Virus record (IMG/VR): IMGVR_UViG_3300022221_000007
Location: 1-62,533 of that record
Direction: 5' to 3' (one strand)
DNA from: a virus
Taxonomy: Duplodnaviria > Caudoviricetes
Length of the DNA: 62,533 nucleotides
Below are positions 7,858 to 17,127 of the stretch, piece by piece. The notes beneath the pieces are model-generated. The model was not told where the DNA came from. It ran no database searches and worked only from the letters and a program-made list of their open reading frames with translations. Within the stretch, counting starts at the first letter, position 1; each line of letters begins with the position of its first letter. Made by a program: the position numbers and the translations under genes.

Positions 7858-8265
7858 CTACACGGTAATGGCTTGAATTACAGGCACAACCTCATTGACG
7901 TTTAAAGGTAAGGCATTGAAATCACCCTCTGAACACCGAACATAGACAGGATTTGTGTAGTTATTACGGTCAAGTAACTCACAAACGGAGGCATTCAAAT
8001 TGCGGTCAAACTCAGAACTTTGAAGTTCCCTCAAAGCAACATAAGCCATAAACAATGGTATGTTCCACTGAGCAAAACAAGAACCTGAAGAATAGTCACC
8101 TTCAGGACCATTACGAGCAATAAGCGTCTTCTCTCTGCCAAGACAGAAATAAAGATCATGGCCATCATACTGACCAAGGAACATACACTTATCGCAGTCA
8201 TGCTCATGTAATGGACTGCACTTAGTCCGATGAGTGAACTTGCTAACGTCATAAATTAATGTCAT
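7858..8265 (-). CDS. hypothetical protein (HDCxxC motif)
   Basis: ORF; likely start MTLIYD. Confidence 0.7.
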   Translation of the reverse strand: MTLIYDVSKFTHRTKCSPLHEHDCDKCMFLGQYDGHDLYFCLGREKTLIARNGPEGDYSSGSCFAQWNIPLFMAYVALRELQSSEFDRNLNASVCELLDRNNYTNPVYVRCSEGDFNALPLNVNEVVPVIQAITV

Positions 8266-8488
8266 GACCCACCTCCACACCATCAAACATAATTACTTCA
8301 ACAGCACCATACTCAACATAAGTTTGGTGAGCCTTCTGCTCCTCAACCATCAAAGCGAATGCTGCTACCCTATCGTGACCACAAGCATCAAGAGCCTTAA
8401 GCCAAGCTTCCTTATCCATTGTATAGTCAACATGCTCATTAAAGGTTCCCACACACTTACGTGTAACAGTTAAATCAACAGTACTCAT
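8249..8488 (-). CDS. hypothetical protein
   Basis: GGGAG RBS before ATG 8488. Confidence 0.65.
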   Translation of the reverse strand: MSTVDLTVTRKCVGTFNEHVDYTMDKEAWLKALDACGHDRVAAFALMVEEQKAHQTYVEYGAVEVIMFDGVEVGHDINL

Positions 8489-8658
8489 ACATTTCTCCCT
8501 AATTAAAAAGACCAGACTCAATGAGTTGGTCTTCAAAGTCTATTTGTGCCATACGCTTAGTATGACCCTTGCCAAAGAACCATGTTCCAGCTACGTTGGC
8601 ACAGTAATACCACCAACCATTATCGATATAAGACATAGTGTTTCTCCACTAATTTAAG

Positions 8659-8916
8659 TTAATCGAACAGTGAAAACTGTTCGTGTTTTTCGGCTTCTTT
8701 TACTTCTACATAGATGTGGTGCTTGTCAGTATTAGTACAGGACATAGTACCATTAGGACAATCACTATGTGACTTACCCTGAAACACACAACCATCACAT
8801 GAACCCAAGTCATACACACTTTTAGGAGGAATTCTTACCAGTTTTATGTTCACAATACTCTCCCTATTCACAAGGATCTGCCTCATCAGTACAGAGAGAT
8901 CATTCTCTGCAGACAC
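8659..8916 (-). CDS. Cys-rich hypothetical protein
   Basis: SCDGCVF..C..C pattern. Confidence 0.55.
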   Translation of the reverse strand: MSAENDLSVLMRQILVNRESIVNIKLVRIPPKSVYDLGSCDGCVFQGKSHSDCPNGTMSCTNTDKHHIYVEVKEAEKHEQFSLFD

Positions 8917-8935
8917 CCAACTAAGGGTGTTTCGG

Positions 8936-9145
8936 CTAGTGAGCTTGAACAGTAATCACTGGCTCAGAAGTCACAACTAAGTGAACGCCAGTAACCACAA
9001 GGATTAAGAGTGTCAGTAACCAAGATCCAATCGTCTCAACTGACGTACCCTCAAGGAGTCCAGACACCATAAACAGGCTAATAAGGACCGAGACAACAAG
9101 ACTAATTACTAACAGGAACAGGCCAATGATAAATGCAGGTTTCAT
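8936..9145 (-). CDS. small two-TM membrane protein
   Basis: Two hydrophobic helices; GGAG RBS. Confidence 0.65.
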   Translation of the reverse strand: MKPAFIIGLFLLVISLVVSVLISLFMVSGLLEGTSVETIGSWLLTLLILVVTGVHLVVTSEPVITVQAH

Positions 9146-9292
9146 AGATTTCTCCAATATGTACTCAGTGAGTACAGATTGTATGAATTTCGGACACATT
9201 GAGTGTCATCAACCTAGTGATATAGCTAGGTGGTTTATATAAGGTGAAGTTATAAGTGGACAGTATTGTAAGGCTTGTCCAGAGCCCTTGTA

Positions 9293-9625
9293 TTAGCTTG
9301 CTTGTGCAGCTTTCTTAGCTTCAGCATTAGCCTTACGCTTGGCAGCTGCTTTGGCTTTCTTCTCAGCGTCTTCATCGACTACTGGTGTTTCATCCATGAA
9401 AGCAATGAGGGATTCTGCGATTTCACTGACGTTCCGAGGCATTACCTCTAATGCGAGGTCAGCTGCTACTATGATGGAGCCAGTAACCACGGTGGCTGAG
9501 CGTACTACTAGTCTGCCAGTCTTCATGGCAGCAACGGCTACTGAACCGGCCAGCTCTGTGGTTTCACCAGCTGTTAGGATGGCTTCTGATTTAACTTCGT
9601 TTAGTACTTGAGTAAATGTAGTCAT
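9293..9625 (-). CDS. hypothetical protein, first gene of the leftward operon, Lys/Ala-rich tail
   Basis: GGAG RBS before ATG 9625. Confidence 0.75.
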   Translation of the reverse strand: MTTFTQVLNEVKSEAILTAGETTELAGSVAVAAMKTGRLVVRSATVVTGSIIVAADLALEVMPRNVSEIAESLIAFMDETPVVDEDAEKKAKAAAKRKANAEAKKAAQAS

Positions 9626-9835
9626 AATGTTTCTCCAATTGACTTTGGTTTGGGTCCCATCTGCAGAATGCGGGGGGGTACCCTGTTGGTACATAGGATC
9701 ATTCCTATATACTGCATCTGCATAATTTTAAAAATTTGCTAATGGATTTTTGGTATAGTTTGCGTTACTACCATAATACCTTTCCTGTGGTAGACTGAAT
9801 GCGGTTAGTTAATATAAATCAATGAGGAAAAAACT

Positions 9836-10060
9836 ATGAGTGGTGTTAGCCCTAAAATCTATTTTGAGAATACAGATGCCGTGGCTGGTGCGGATATATT
9901 TGATGTGAGAACTCAGACAGCGATCCTGGCTGATTGGTTGGTAGCTAATTTATCGGATAACAAGATGCGAACAAGAGCTTTGAATTCTTTACGTCGAGTA
10001 GAGAGTGATGCTATTGAAGCAATTGTTTATGATATTGAAAATGGTACAACTCCGGTCTAA
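9836..10060 (+). CDS. small helical-hairpin protein, weakly Acb2/Tad1-like
   Basis: GAGG RBS; LADWLVANLSDNKMRTRALNSLRR resembles the hairpin pattern. Confidence 0.55.
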   Translation: MSGVSPKIYFENTDAVAGADIFDVRTQTAILADWLVANLSDNKMRTRALNSLRRVESDAIEAIVYDIENGTTPV

Positions 10061-10233
10061 TAGTTATTAATAAAGTAATGCGAAGGAAGGTTAGTGAGAA
10101 CATTTGTGTTGAAGGAAGGAGCGCAGCGACTGAGTGACACAAATGTTTGAACTAAACTTTCTTGGTATTAGTTTATTAATATGTATGTTTCAAATAAAGC
10201 CCTGTGTATCCCCTTGGGATACCAGTATTAGGA

Positions 10234-10248
10234 CGAAGCTCCGCTTCG
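10234..10248 (-). promoter_or_regulatory. N4 vRNAP-promoter-type hairpin CGAAGC-GGA-GCTTCG
   Basis: 6-bp stem with GGA triloop on the minus strand; core matches the N4 P2 hairpin as recalled. Confidence 0.5.
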
Positions 10249-10486
10249 GATTAATGCTGAAGGGCGTAATACTCCTCGCAAAAGTAAAACCAAAAAAGGC
10301 ACACCACCACCCGTCTTTTATTTCATAAGAGGCAAAACCCCGTTTTGTCTTATTATGAAAGGGTGGTGTGCCAGTGCAAAAGCTTACGGTTATCTTATAC
10401 GGTTATTGAGAAAGAACGTCTTCGACGGTTCCCTTGGTCGCTACGCTCCCTGTAAGAGTATATAGGGAGAGATGGTAGATGTGCTG

Positions 10487-10499
10487 TAAGTCATTGATT
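10487..10499 (-). promoter_or_regulatory. IHF consensus site
   Basis: AATCAATGACTTA matches WATCAANNNNTTR. Confidence 0.5.
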
Positions 10500-10650
10500 C
10501 GTAAGGATTTAATTTTTCTAGGGGGTGACTGGGGTGTCTCTTTTTGTGGTCCGTGGTGTCACAAAACGGGGTAATTGTGTTTACTAAGGAACACGTTTGT
10601 ACTACAATTACCCCTAAATCAGCCCCTAACGTATTCATTAAGGAACACAC

Positions 10651-11070
10651 ATGACCAATAAAGTGACACCTAAAGCCCGATATGGCGTAATCAACTTAGA
10701 TACCGGTGAGATTCAACCTTTCGATGTTTATGAGGGGAAGAAGGAAGGACGATGGGAAAAGGTTTATGCTCAGGCCTTGGTAGATATGCTCAACATCACG
10801 AGTGAAACCAAGACTAAGATTATTGCTTACATGATTAAGAATAAAGATTACAACAATGTCGTGATGGCATCAGTCAGAAAAATTGCCACAGAAACCGGAT
10901 GTAGCTCCCGTACCGTTCAAAGAACTTTGGATCTCTTAGTGGAGAATAGTTTTATTCAGAGATTGCAGAATGGGGTGTTGATGTTTTCTCCTCACATTAT
11001 GAGGACCGGAAGAACTGGCCAGGGTATTGCCGTAATCCGACAGTGGGAAGATGGCCAGAATTTTGAATAG
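10651..11070 (+). CDS. repL: RepL-family winged-HTH replication/maintenance protein
   Basis: INLDTGEI...IIAYMIKNKDYNN...RKIATETGCSSRTVQRTL...MFSP pattern. Confidence 0.7.
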   Translation: MTNKVTPKARYGVINLDTGEIQPFDVYEGKKEGRWEKVYAQALVDMLNITSETKTKIIAYMIKNKDYNNVVMASVRKIATETGCSSRTVQRTLDLLVENSFIQRLQNGVLMFSPHIMRTGRTGQGIAVIRQWEDGQNFE

Positions 11071-11100
11071 TTGCAAACCAGTAGTTAAGTGTACTAGACT
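11071..11100 (+). promoter_or_regulatory. sigma70-like promoter
   Basis: TTGCAA-18 nt-TAGACT. Confidence 0.45.
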
Positions 11101-11131
11101 ATTCACATTAAATTAACCAAAGCAGAAAGAT

Positions 11132-11371
11132 ATGACTACTCAAACACCTATTGAAGCCTATTTACTAACATCCGAATCGAAGGCGGTTAAAGTTCTGCTT
11201 TGGCTGCTAAAGAACCGGGATAGAGAAAATATTATTATCACAACTCTGGATACTGTAGCTGAAGAGTGTGATGTAACTAAAGTAACCGTTAACCGGGTAT
11301 TCCAAAATTTGTATAAAGCAGATTTTTTGGTGAAGGTTAAGAACGGTCAATACAAACTGATGAAGGTTTAA
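11132..11371 (+). CDS. short RepL-like HTH protein
   Basis: VLLWLLKNRDREN...LDTVAEECDVTKVTVNRVFQNL; paralogous to the previous gene. Confidence 0.7.
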   Translation: MTTQTPIEAYLLTSESKAVKVLLWLLKNRDRENIIITTLDTVAEECDVTKVTVNRVFQNLYKADFLVKVKNGQYKLMKV

Positions 11372-11375
11372 GATT

Positions 11376-11924
11376 ATGTATGATAGAAATACTGATCCTT
11401 ATGGAGAGCTTTCCAAAGTAAGAATGCCAATAAACCCTTTGATTGAAGCTCCAACGTATATTGGCACCAAAGTGATTACAGGTGCTCCTATAACTTTAGG
11501 TGAGTACAACAAATACCGTGGTTGGGAAATGCCAAAAGATGAAGACCCAAGAACACCTGGGTACATTGTTGAATATCAGGATGGGGGTAAAGCTAATCAC
11601 CCAAACCATAAAAATTATATCAGCTGGTCACCTCGTAATGTGTTTGAAGAAGCTTATCGATTAACTGAAGGTTTGCCGTTTGGCCTAGCAGTAGAGGCGG
11701 CAAAGAAAGGTAAACGTATTGCCCGGTTAGGCTGGAATGGTGCTGATATGTTTGCTTTTATTGAAATGAACGAAGAACAGTTCCTGACTGTTTGGAAAGG
11801 TGAAGATTTCACTAATCATCCTAAACGTCCCTGTTGGTATTTGAAAACTGCACAAAATGATATTGCGACTTGGGCGCCATCAGGTTCTGACACACTAGCT
11901 GATGACTGGGTTATTTTAAATTAA
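11376..11924 (+). CDS. tad2: DUF2829/Tad2-domain protein fused to an N-terminal WSPxxVFExAY domain
   Basis: FGLAVEAAKKGKRIARLGWNG...WAPSGSDTLADDW. Confidence 0.75.
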   Translation: MYDRNTDPYGELSKVRMPINPLIEAPTYIGTKVITGAPITLGEYNKYRGWEMPKDEDPRTPGYIVEYQDGGKANHPNHKNYISWSPRNVFEEAYRLTEGLPFGLAVEAAKKGKRIARLGWNGADMFAFIEMNEEQFLTVWKGEDFTNHPKRPCWYLKTAQNDIATWAPSGSDTLADDWVILN

Positions 11925-11936
11925 TTGGAGAAAACT

Positions 11937-12464
11937 ATGACTGAACAAAATGAAAGTACCGAACAGATGGTCCAGGACAAAAACTTGAATGCCCCTCGAA
12001 TGACTCCTGATGCAATTATGGGTCAGATTAAGGACACTACTTTTAAAGTGTTTGAAGGCTCCCAGCTAACGGTTTGTGTATTGACGTTGCAGAATGGGTT
12101 TACTGTTACCGGTGAAAGTGCCTGTGTGAGTCCTGAAAACTTTGATGCAGAGATTGGTCAAAAGGTTTCCCGAGAAAATGCCATTGAAAAAATCTGGATG
12201 CTGGAAGGTTATCGCCTAAAGCAGCACTTGTTTGAAGAATCCAACAAGGAAGCCAAGGGTTTCTTTGGTAGATTAAATGACGAATGTAATGAGCTGTTGG
12301 AAAAGAAAAACAAACTCGGTGAGTTCTTCAACACGGAAAAATTCCAGGAGCTAAGTTCTTCAGCCCAAAATTTGTTGACTGCTCAGCATGGCACAATGTC
12401 CAAATATGCGGAAATTCTAATTGCCAGGTTAGACCTCCTGGAAGTTGAAGATCACGCTGAATAA
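11937..12464 (+). CDS. Phage_gp49_66 (Acb4-like) domain fused to a crAss001_48/Y16Q-like helical domain
   Basis: LTVCVLTLQNGFTVTGESACVSPENFDAEIG...IWMLEGY; C-terminal RL..E..EL..K..KL..F...LL..Q...M..Y..IL..R. Confidence 0.7.
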   Translation: MTEQNESTEQMVQDKNLNAPRMTPDAIMGQIKDTTFKVFEGSQLTVCVLTLQNGFTVTGESACVSPENFDAEIGQKVSRENAIEKIWMLEGYRLKQHLFEESNKEAKGFFGRLNDECNELLEKKNKLGEFFNTEKFQELSSSAQNLLTAQHGTMSKYAEILIARLDLLEVEDHAE

Positions 12465-12471
12465 TTAACAT

Positions 12472-12493
12472 GCCCGGTTATCCGGGCTTTCTT
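12472..12493 (+). terminator. intrinsic terminator-like hairpin
   Basis: gcccgg-ttat-ccgggc followed by T-rich tract. Confidence 0.5.
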
Positions 12494-12509
12494 CTATTTG
12501 GAGAAAAAC

Positions 12510-12701
12510 ATGAGTTCAGACATTTTAAAATATTTTGATTATGACCATTTACCAAAAAAGTTACAGGAAGTGTCTAAGCCATTTCATGAGCTGGCACACA
12601 AAATGGATGAGGACTTAACCGGTTGTGCTGAACTGTCTGCCGGCCTCAGGAAATTGCTTGAAGCCAAAGACTGCTGTGTTCGTGCAGCGACTAATCCATG
12701 A
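12510..12701 (+). CDS. small Acb2/Tad1-like helical-hairpin protein
   Basis: YFDYDHLP...GLRKLLEAKDCCVRA. Confidence 0.6.
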   Translation: MSSDILKYFDYDHLPKKLQEVSKPFHELAHKMDEDLTGCAELSAGLRKLLEAKDCCVRAATNP

Positions 12702-12850
12702 AACCTGAGTTTAAACACTTACGTTGGGCTAGATTTCTGTGTTGGTTGAAGTATGGACACTATTCGGATAAAACAAAAAGTAGAAAAATGGCAAGTAGGT
12801 CTATGAACACTTGCCTTGTTTGTGGAATAGTAGAGGTGGGGCCAGACTGA
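12698..12850 (+). CDS. small hypothetical protein (50 aa, MKPEFKHLRW...)
   Basis: ATGA/TGATG overlaps with both neighbours; C..H..CxxC. Confidence 0.55.
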   Translation: MKPEFKHLRWARFLCWLKYGHYSDKTKSRKMASRSMNTCLVCGIVEVGPD

Positions 12851-13263
12851 TGGCATTCTTCAGGAGTCCTAATACCGGGCGAGTTTATGTTATTAAAATA
12901 ACTCTGCCCGGAGATGTTGTGGTCCATAAGATCGGGATGACAAATACTCCACGGTCTGTGGACCGCATGATGGAGATTCTCCGCTCCTGGTTTATGAGTT
13001 ATCGGTTTGTACCACATTCTGAGTTACGCCTGGATATGGCTTGTGGAAATCCAAGAGCATTGGAACAGCATATTCACAAAGTTTTAAAGAAACACCAATT
13101 TGTACCTAATGAAAAAGTTGAAGGTGGTACCGAGATGTTTACTGGTATCAATGAGTTCAGAGTTTTGCACTACCTTCGACAGTTTGATATAAGGAACTTT
13201 GAGGAACCATTGGGGCTGGCAGAAAGTGACTACGATGCACTGTGCCGGCTAATATCCCCGTAG
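12850..13263 (+). CDS. T5orf172/MUG113-type GIY-YIG-like protein
   Basis: VYVIK..HKIGMT...LEQHIH...GGTEMF. Confidence 0.7.
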   Translation: MAFFRSPNTGRVYVIKITLPGDVVVHKIGMTNTPRSVDRMMEILRSWFMSYRFVPHSELRLDMACGNPRALEQHIHKVLKKHQFVPNEKVEGGTEMFTGINEFRVLHYLRQFDIRNFEEPLGLAESDYDALCRLISP

Positions 13264-13277
13264 ATTCAAGAGCCGAT

Positions 13278-13994
13278 ATGAACGAACTTACTTTAGACCT
13301 TGTGCAGTCACAGTTGAAACCGAAACAACGCCTTCTTATCAGTGAAGAGACGGTAAAGGAAATTGAACTGCTCTCAAAAGATCCTGATTATGGTGAAGAG
13401 TTTCTTGATCTATATTTAGATCACTTGAATGTACTAAAGGAAACTCCTCGTGCAAGCCATGATCAGTACCTTAATGCCATCAAATTTTTTGGGTTGGTAG
13501 AAGCCGGCAATAGTCTGACTGATGCTTATATCAAAACTTTCCCGCAACGATATAAAGACCGGAGACGAAACCATCCTGATGCTGGAGATGGATCTAAAGA
13601 TTTCATGCGGAGTGAAGCCAGTAGGTTCAATAGCTCTAAGTTGGTTAATGAGATCCGGAAAGTAGCCTGTATCCCAATTCAGCTAATCCACCGGGGGTTA
13701 CTGCATGAAGCCATTCTGAACCAGGCACAGCTTATGCGTACTGCCAGGTCGGAGATGGTTCGACAGAAAGCCGGGGCAGTAATTATTTCCGAACTGAAAC
13801 CTCAAGAAGATACTGTTATTGCTGTGAAGGTAGAGGACGGATCGAAATCGGTTATTGAAGAACTCAGACTGGCAACAGAACGATTAGCCATTGCAGAACA
13901 ACAATCGGTTAAAGCCGGAATGCCGTTATCAGTTATTGCCTCAGCTAATGTGTACGAAGGTGAAATAGTCGAGGAAGAATCAGATGGGGATTGA
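13278..13994 (+). CDS. putative terminase small subunit (N4 gp69-like)
   Basis: Directly upstream of and overlapping TerL; SEMVRQKA motif. Confidence 0.6.
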   Translation: MNELTLDLVQSQLKPKQRLLISEETVKEIELLSKDPDYGEEFLDLYLDHLNVLKETPRASHDQYLNAIKFFGLVEAGNSLTDAYIKTFPQRYKDRRRNHPDAGDGSKDFMRSEASRFNSSKLVNEIRKVACIPIQLIHRGLLHEAILNQAQLMRTARSEMVRQKAGAVIISELKPQEDTVIAVKVEDGSKSVIEELRLATERLAIAEQQSVKAGMPLSVIASANVYEGEIVEEESDGD

Positions 13995-15606
13995 TCTCAG
14001 CACTGCGGTAGATTTGGATGAACGATTAAATCATATTGACTATAAATTTTTGGTTAACGATTATAAACCATCACTGTTTGCCTTTAAGTTCATTAACTTT
14101 ATTAAACTTGTCAATGGCTCTATGGGGGAAGAAAATAAGTCCCCGGTAATTCACTATGACATGTTAGACCAGATTGCTAAAGCTGACTCTGGAGCAAATG
14201 GTAATAGCAAAAGATTCTTCCAAAACCTATTTGTATCATTTCGTGGTTCTGCTAAAACTACTGCCCTTCATGAGTACATGATTTTGTACCTGGCTGTTTA
14301 TGGTCAGATTGAAGGTTTTGGCGAAGTAAACGTAGGTATGTATATTTCTGACACCATGGATAACGGTGTTAAGTCCATGCGTAACCAGTTAGAGTTTCGT
14401 TGGAGTAACAGTGAGTTCTTGCAGAAATATGTACCAGACGCTAAGTTTACTGATGTTCGCTGGGAATTTAAAAACCTGGACGGTAAGCGTTTAGTGTTTA
14501 GAGGATTCGGCGCCAGTACCGGTGTTCGTGGATTTAAAGAGTTTGGTGAACGACCTACTTGGTGTGGTATGGACGATTTAATGTCCGATAAAAATGCTGA
14601 ATCCCCAACCATTACTAAAGACATCCGGAACATCGTGTATAAAGCAGCTCGACAGGCTATGCACCCAAAACGCCGTATGATTGTTTGGACCGGTACTCCG
14701 TTCAACAAAAAAGATCCTCTTTACGAAGCTGCTGGATCTGGAGCATGGAATACTCGAGTTTACCCAATTTGTGAAAAATTCCCGTGCAGCAGAAAAGAAT
14801 TTGTTGGCGGATGGGAAGATCGCTTTGATTATGATTTTGTTAAGAACGAGTATGACAGCCTATTGGCCAGTGGTGAGATCGCTGCATTCAACCAGGAGCT
14901 TATGTTGAGAATTACATCTGATGAAGATCGATTAGTCCAAGAAGACGAATTGGTGTGGTACTCCAGAGATGCTGTTATCCGAAATAAGAGTAACTACAAT
15001 TTCTATATCACTACCGATTTTGCAACTGCTGATAGTGCCAGTAGTGACTTCTCAGTAATATCCGTTTGGGCATATAACAATAATGGTGACTGGTTGCTCG
15101 TAGATGGCTTATGCAAGCGACAATTGATGGATGCCAACATAGATGCCCTATTCCGCTTTGTGAGCATCTACAGGCCACTAGAAGTGGGTATTGAGATTAA
15201 TGGCCAACAAGGTGGTTTCATATCCTGGCTTAAACGGGAAATGGTTACCAAAAACATTTTCTTTAACCTGGCAGGTAAAGGCAAGACTGAGGGTATTCGT
15301 CGTACCGGTAGTAAAATTGAAGCGTTCAAGCTGTTTGTTCCAATTATAAAAGCGAAGAAAGTATGGCTTCCGGAAGAGATGAGGGAATCTGAGATCATTG
15401 TCGAACTGCTGGAAGAAATACGTTTTGCTACTAAAGAGAAATTTAAGTCAAAACACGATGACGTAGCTGATACACTATCGATGCTTCTGGATATTGAACC
15501 ATTTAAGCCAAGTGCTGAAACACCTACTGAATTTGTACATAGCGAAGATGGTCAGTACGCACTATTCCATGAAGAAGAAGATTATGGTGGCAGCACTATC
15601 TTCTAA
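13984..15606 (+). CDS. terL: terminase large subunit (N4-type)
   Basis: Walker A FRGSAKTT, Walker B GMDD, nuclease TTDFA...SDFS, HDDVAD. Confidence 0.95.
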   Translation: MGIDLSTAVDLDERLNHIDYKFLVNDYKPSLFAFKFINFIKLVNGSMGEENKSPVIHYDMLDQIAKADSGANGNSKRFFQNLFVSFRGSAKTTALHEYMILYLAVYGQIEGFGEVNVGMYISDTMDNGVKSMRNQLEFRWSNSEFLQKYVPDAKFTDVRWEFKNLDGKRLVFRGFGASTGVRGFKEFGERPTWCGMDDLMSDKNAESPTITKDIRNIVYKAARQAMHPKRRMIVWTGTPFNKKDPLYEAAGSGAWNTRVYPICEKFPCSRKEFVGGWEDRFDYDFVKNEYDSLLASGEIAAFNQELMLRITSDEDRLVQEDELVWYSRDAVIRNKSNYNFYITTDFATADSASSDFSVISVWAYNNNGDWLLVDGLCKRQLMDANIDALFRFVSIYRPLEVGIEINGQQGGFISWLKREMVTKNIFFNLAGKGKTEGIRRTGSKIEAFKLFVPIIKAKKVWLPEEMRESEIIVELLEEIRFATKEKFKSKHDDVADTLSMLLDIEPFKPSAETPTEFVHSEDGQYALFHEEEDYGGSTIF

Positions 15607-15644
15607 ATAGTGTTAGTATTCAAAAATTACTGAGGGGATAAATC

Positions 15645-16265
15645 ATGAATGTAACAGAAGCCATCGTGATGCTTATTGAAGCAGAACTAAAACAATTAAG
15701 TGTCAAAGATGACCAATTTGCAGTCATGGGGTATCTTAATATGGGAGTTTTAGAGCTCCACAAAAGATTCCCGATATGGAAAGAGACTGCCACAATAACC
15801 ATGGTAGAAGGCACAACGCGGTATAAGCTAGATGGTATCGACGCTAATGTGACCATAGACCTTTCTGATCATGATGTTTTATTTATTGAAGAAGTCTTAG
15901 ATGACGAAGATGAACCAATGTCATTAAACGATGATAAAGATTCTCTTGGCGCTATGACCCCTAAACCGCATATTTTGGACATTCCGGTACCAGTTCTAAC
16001 TGGCGATATTAAAGTCGGTTACCGGGCTTCTCCGAAATTTATGACTCTGGAAACTGACATAATCCCTATCCCTCCTCAGTTTTATGAAGCCCTATTCAAC
16101 TACGTTGGGTACAGAGGCCATGGTTCAGTTAAAGGAGATATTAAGTCTGAGAACAATACCCACTATATGAGATTTGAAAAAAGTTGTAATCTTATAGACA
16201 TGAAAGGACTAAGATCTCCAGACAGCCTACACTCTCACAAGTTTATCGATAGAGGTTTCGTATAA
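15645..16265 (+). CDS. head-tail adaptor (N4 gp67-like)
   Basis: Position after TerL; YLNMGVLELHKRF, IPPQFYEALFNYV. Confidence 0.65.
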   Translation: MNVTEAIVMLIEAELKQLSVKDDQFAVMGYLNMGVLELHKRFPIWKETATITMVEGTTRYKLDGIDANVTIDLSDHDVLFIEEVLDDEDEPMSLNDDKDSLGAMTPKPHILDIPVPVLTGDIKVGYRASPKFMTLETDIIPIPPQFYEALFNYVGYRGHGSVKGDIKSENNTHYMRFEKSCNLIDMKGLRSPDSLHSHKFIDRGFV

Positions 16266-16618
16266 TGCCAACTGTAGATCTCAAAGAAATGGTTCGAGGT
16301 GACACTTATGGGATCACCATGAACTTTAAGACCAAAGACGGAACTCCTATAGACGTTGAGGGTAGAAAACTAACCTTCACGATGAAACACCACTGGTCTG
16401 AGCCTGATGTAGACTCAGCTATACAAAAAGTAGTTGACCTGGTAGCCCCGGATGTTTCTGCCCAGAATGGGCAAGCTTATATTTTACTGTCTACCGTAGA
16501 AACCGATGTCACTCCAAGTAAGTATGTTTATGACATCCAAATGGTTAACGGAGCTATTGTAACCACACTGCTTAAAGGTAATATTTTAGTCAGTGGTGAT
16601 ATTACTCAAGGGGTATAA
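16265..16618 (+). CDS. BppU-N-like virion protein
   Basis: RGDT...YVYDIQM...LLKG pattern. Confidence 0.55.
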   Translation: MPTVDLKEMVRGDTYGITMNFKTKDGTPIDVEGRKLTFTMKHHWSEPDVDSAIQKVVDLVAPDVSAQNGQAYILLSTVETDVTPSKYVYDIQMVNGAIVTTLLKGNILVSGDITQGV

Positions 16619-16620
16619 CC

Positions 16621-17127
16621 ATGTGGGCTGCTGGTGATTTAGAAATAGATGTCATTATTGACGAAGGTCCGATAATTGAAATAATCGAAGATGCTGGGGC
16701 TACTATTGACGTAACCTTAGTAGCTATCGGTGACATTGTAACTGAGATGACTCAAGTAATTGATGTGAGCATCCCAAATGATCCGGCTATTCTGCTAAAG
16801 TCCATACAGATGGTGAAAATGCAGGATGTGTTAGTTACTGCCTTTTCCGTAGATGGATTAGTTGATCGAGGTAAAATGCTTCGTTTTGACAACGCAAATC
16901 CTGTTACCGTCACTATAAATTTAGATGGTGTTTACCCAGCTACAGGAAATATCGTTTATTTTACCCAGGTAGGTCTTGGCCAGGTAAAAATCGTAGGTGC
17001 TCCGGGAGTAACTATTGAAACACCAGACGGCAATGCCACAAGAGTAAAACACTCAGTAATTGCTGCCGTGCAAACGTACCAAAATAAATGGCTGCTTATG
17101 GGCGATCTTAATTACTATGTGGTATGA
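16621..17127 (+). CDS. putative tail fibre/structural protein
   Basis: QVGLGQVKIVGAPGVTI...WLLMGDL C-terminal module. Confidence 0.55.
   Translation: MWAAGDLEIDVIIDEGPIIEIIEDAGATIDVTLVAIGDIVTEMTQVIDVSIPNDPAILLKSIQMVKMQDVLVTAFSVDGLVDRGKMLRFDNANPVTVTINLDGVYPATGNIVYFTQVGLGQVKIVGAPGVTIETPDGNATRVKHSVIAAVQTYQNKWLLMGDLNYYVV

Larger units (their letters stand above)
10077..10650. promoter_or_regulatory. hairpin-rich control region (candidate origin and/or vRNAP promoters)
   Basis: Inverted repeats 10099-10147, 10298-10372, 10568-10614; GC-GNA-GC mini-hairpins; short direct repeats; upstream of RepL-like genes. Confidence 0.6.

Noticed and set aside
10134-10650. ORFs 10134-10328 (+) and 10441-10650 (-)
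   Set aside because: They lie in the repeat/hairpin control region, lack good RBSs and are not protein-like.
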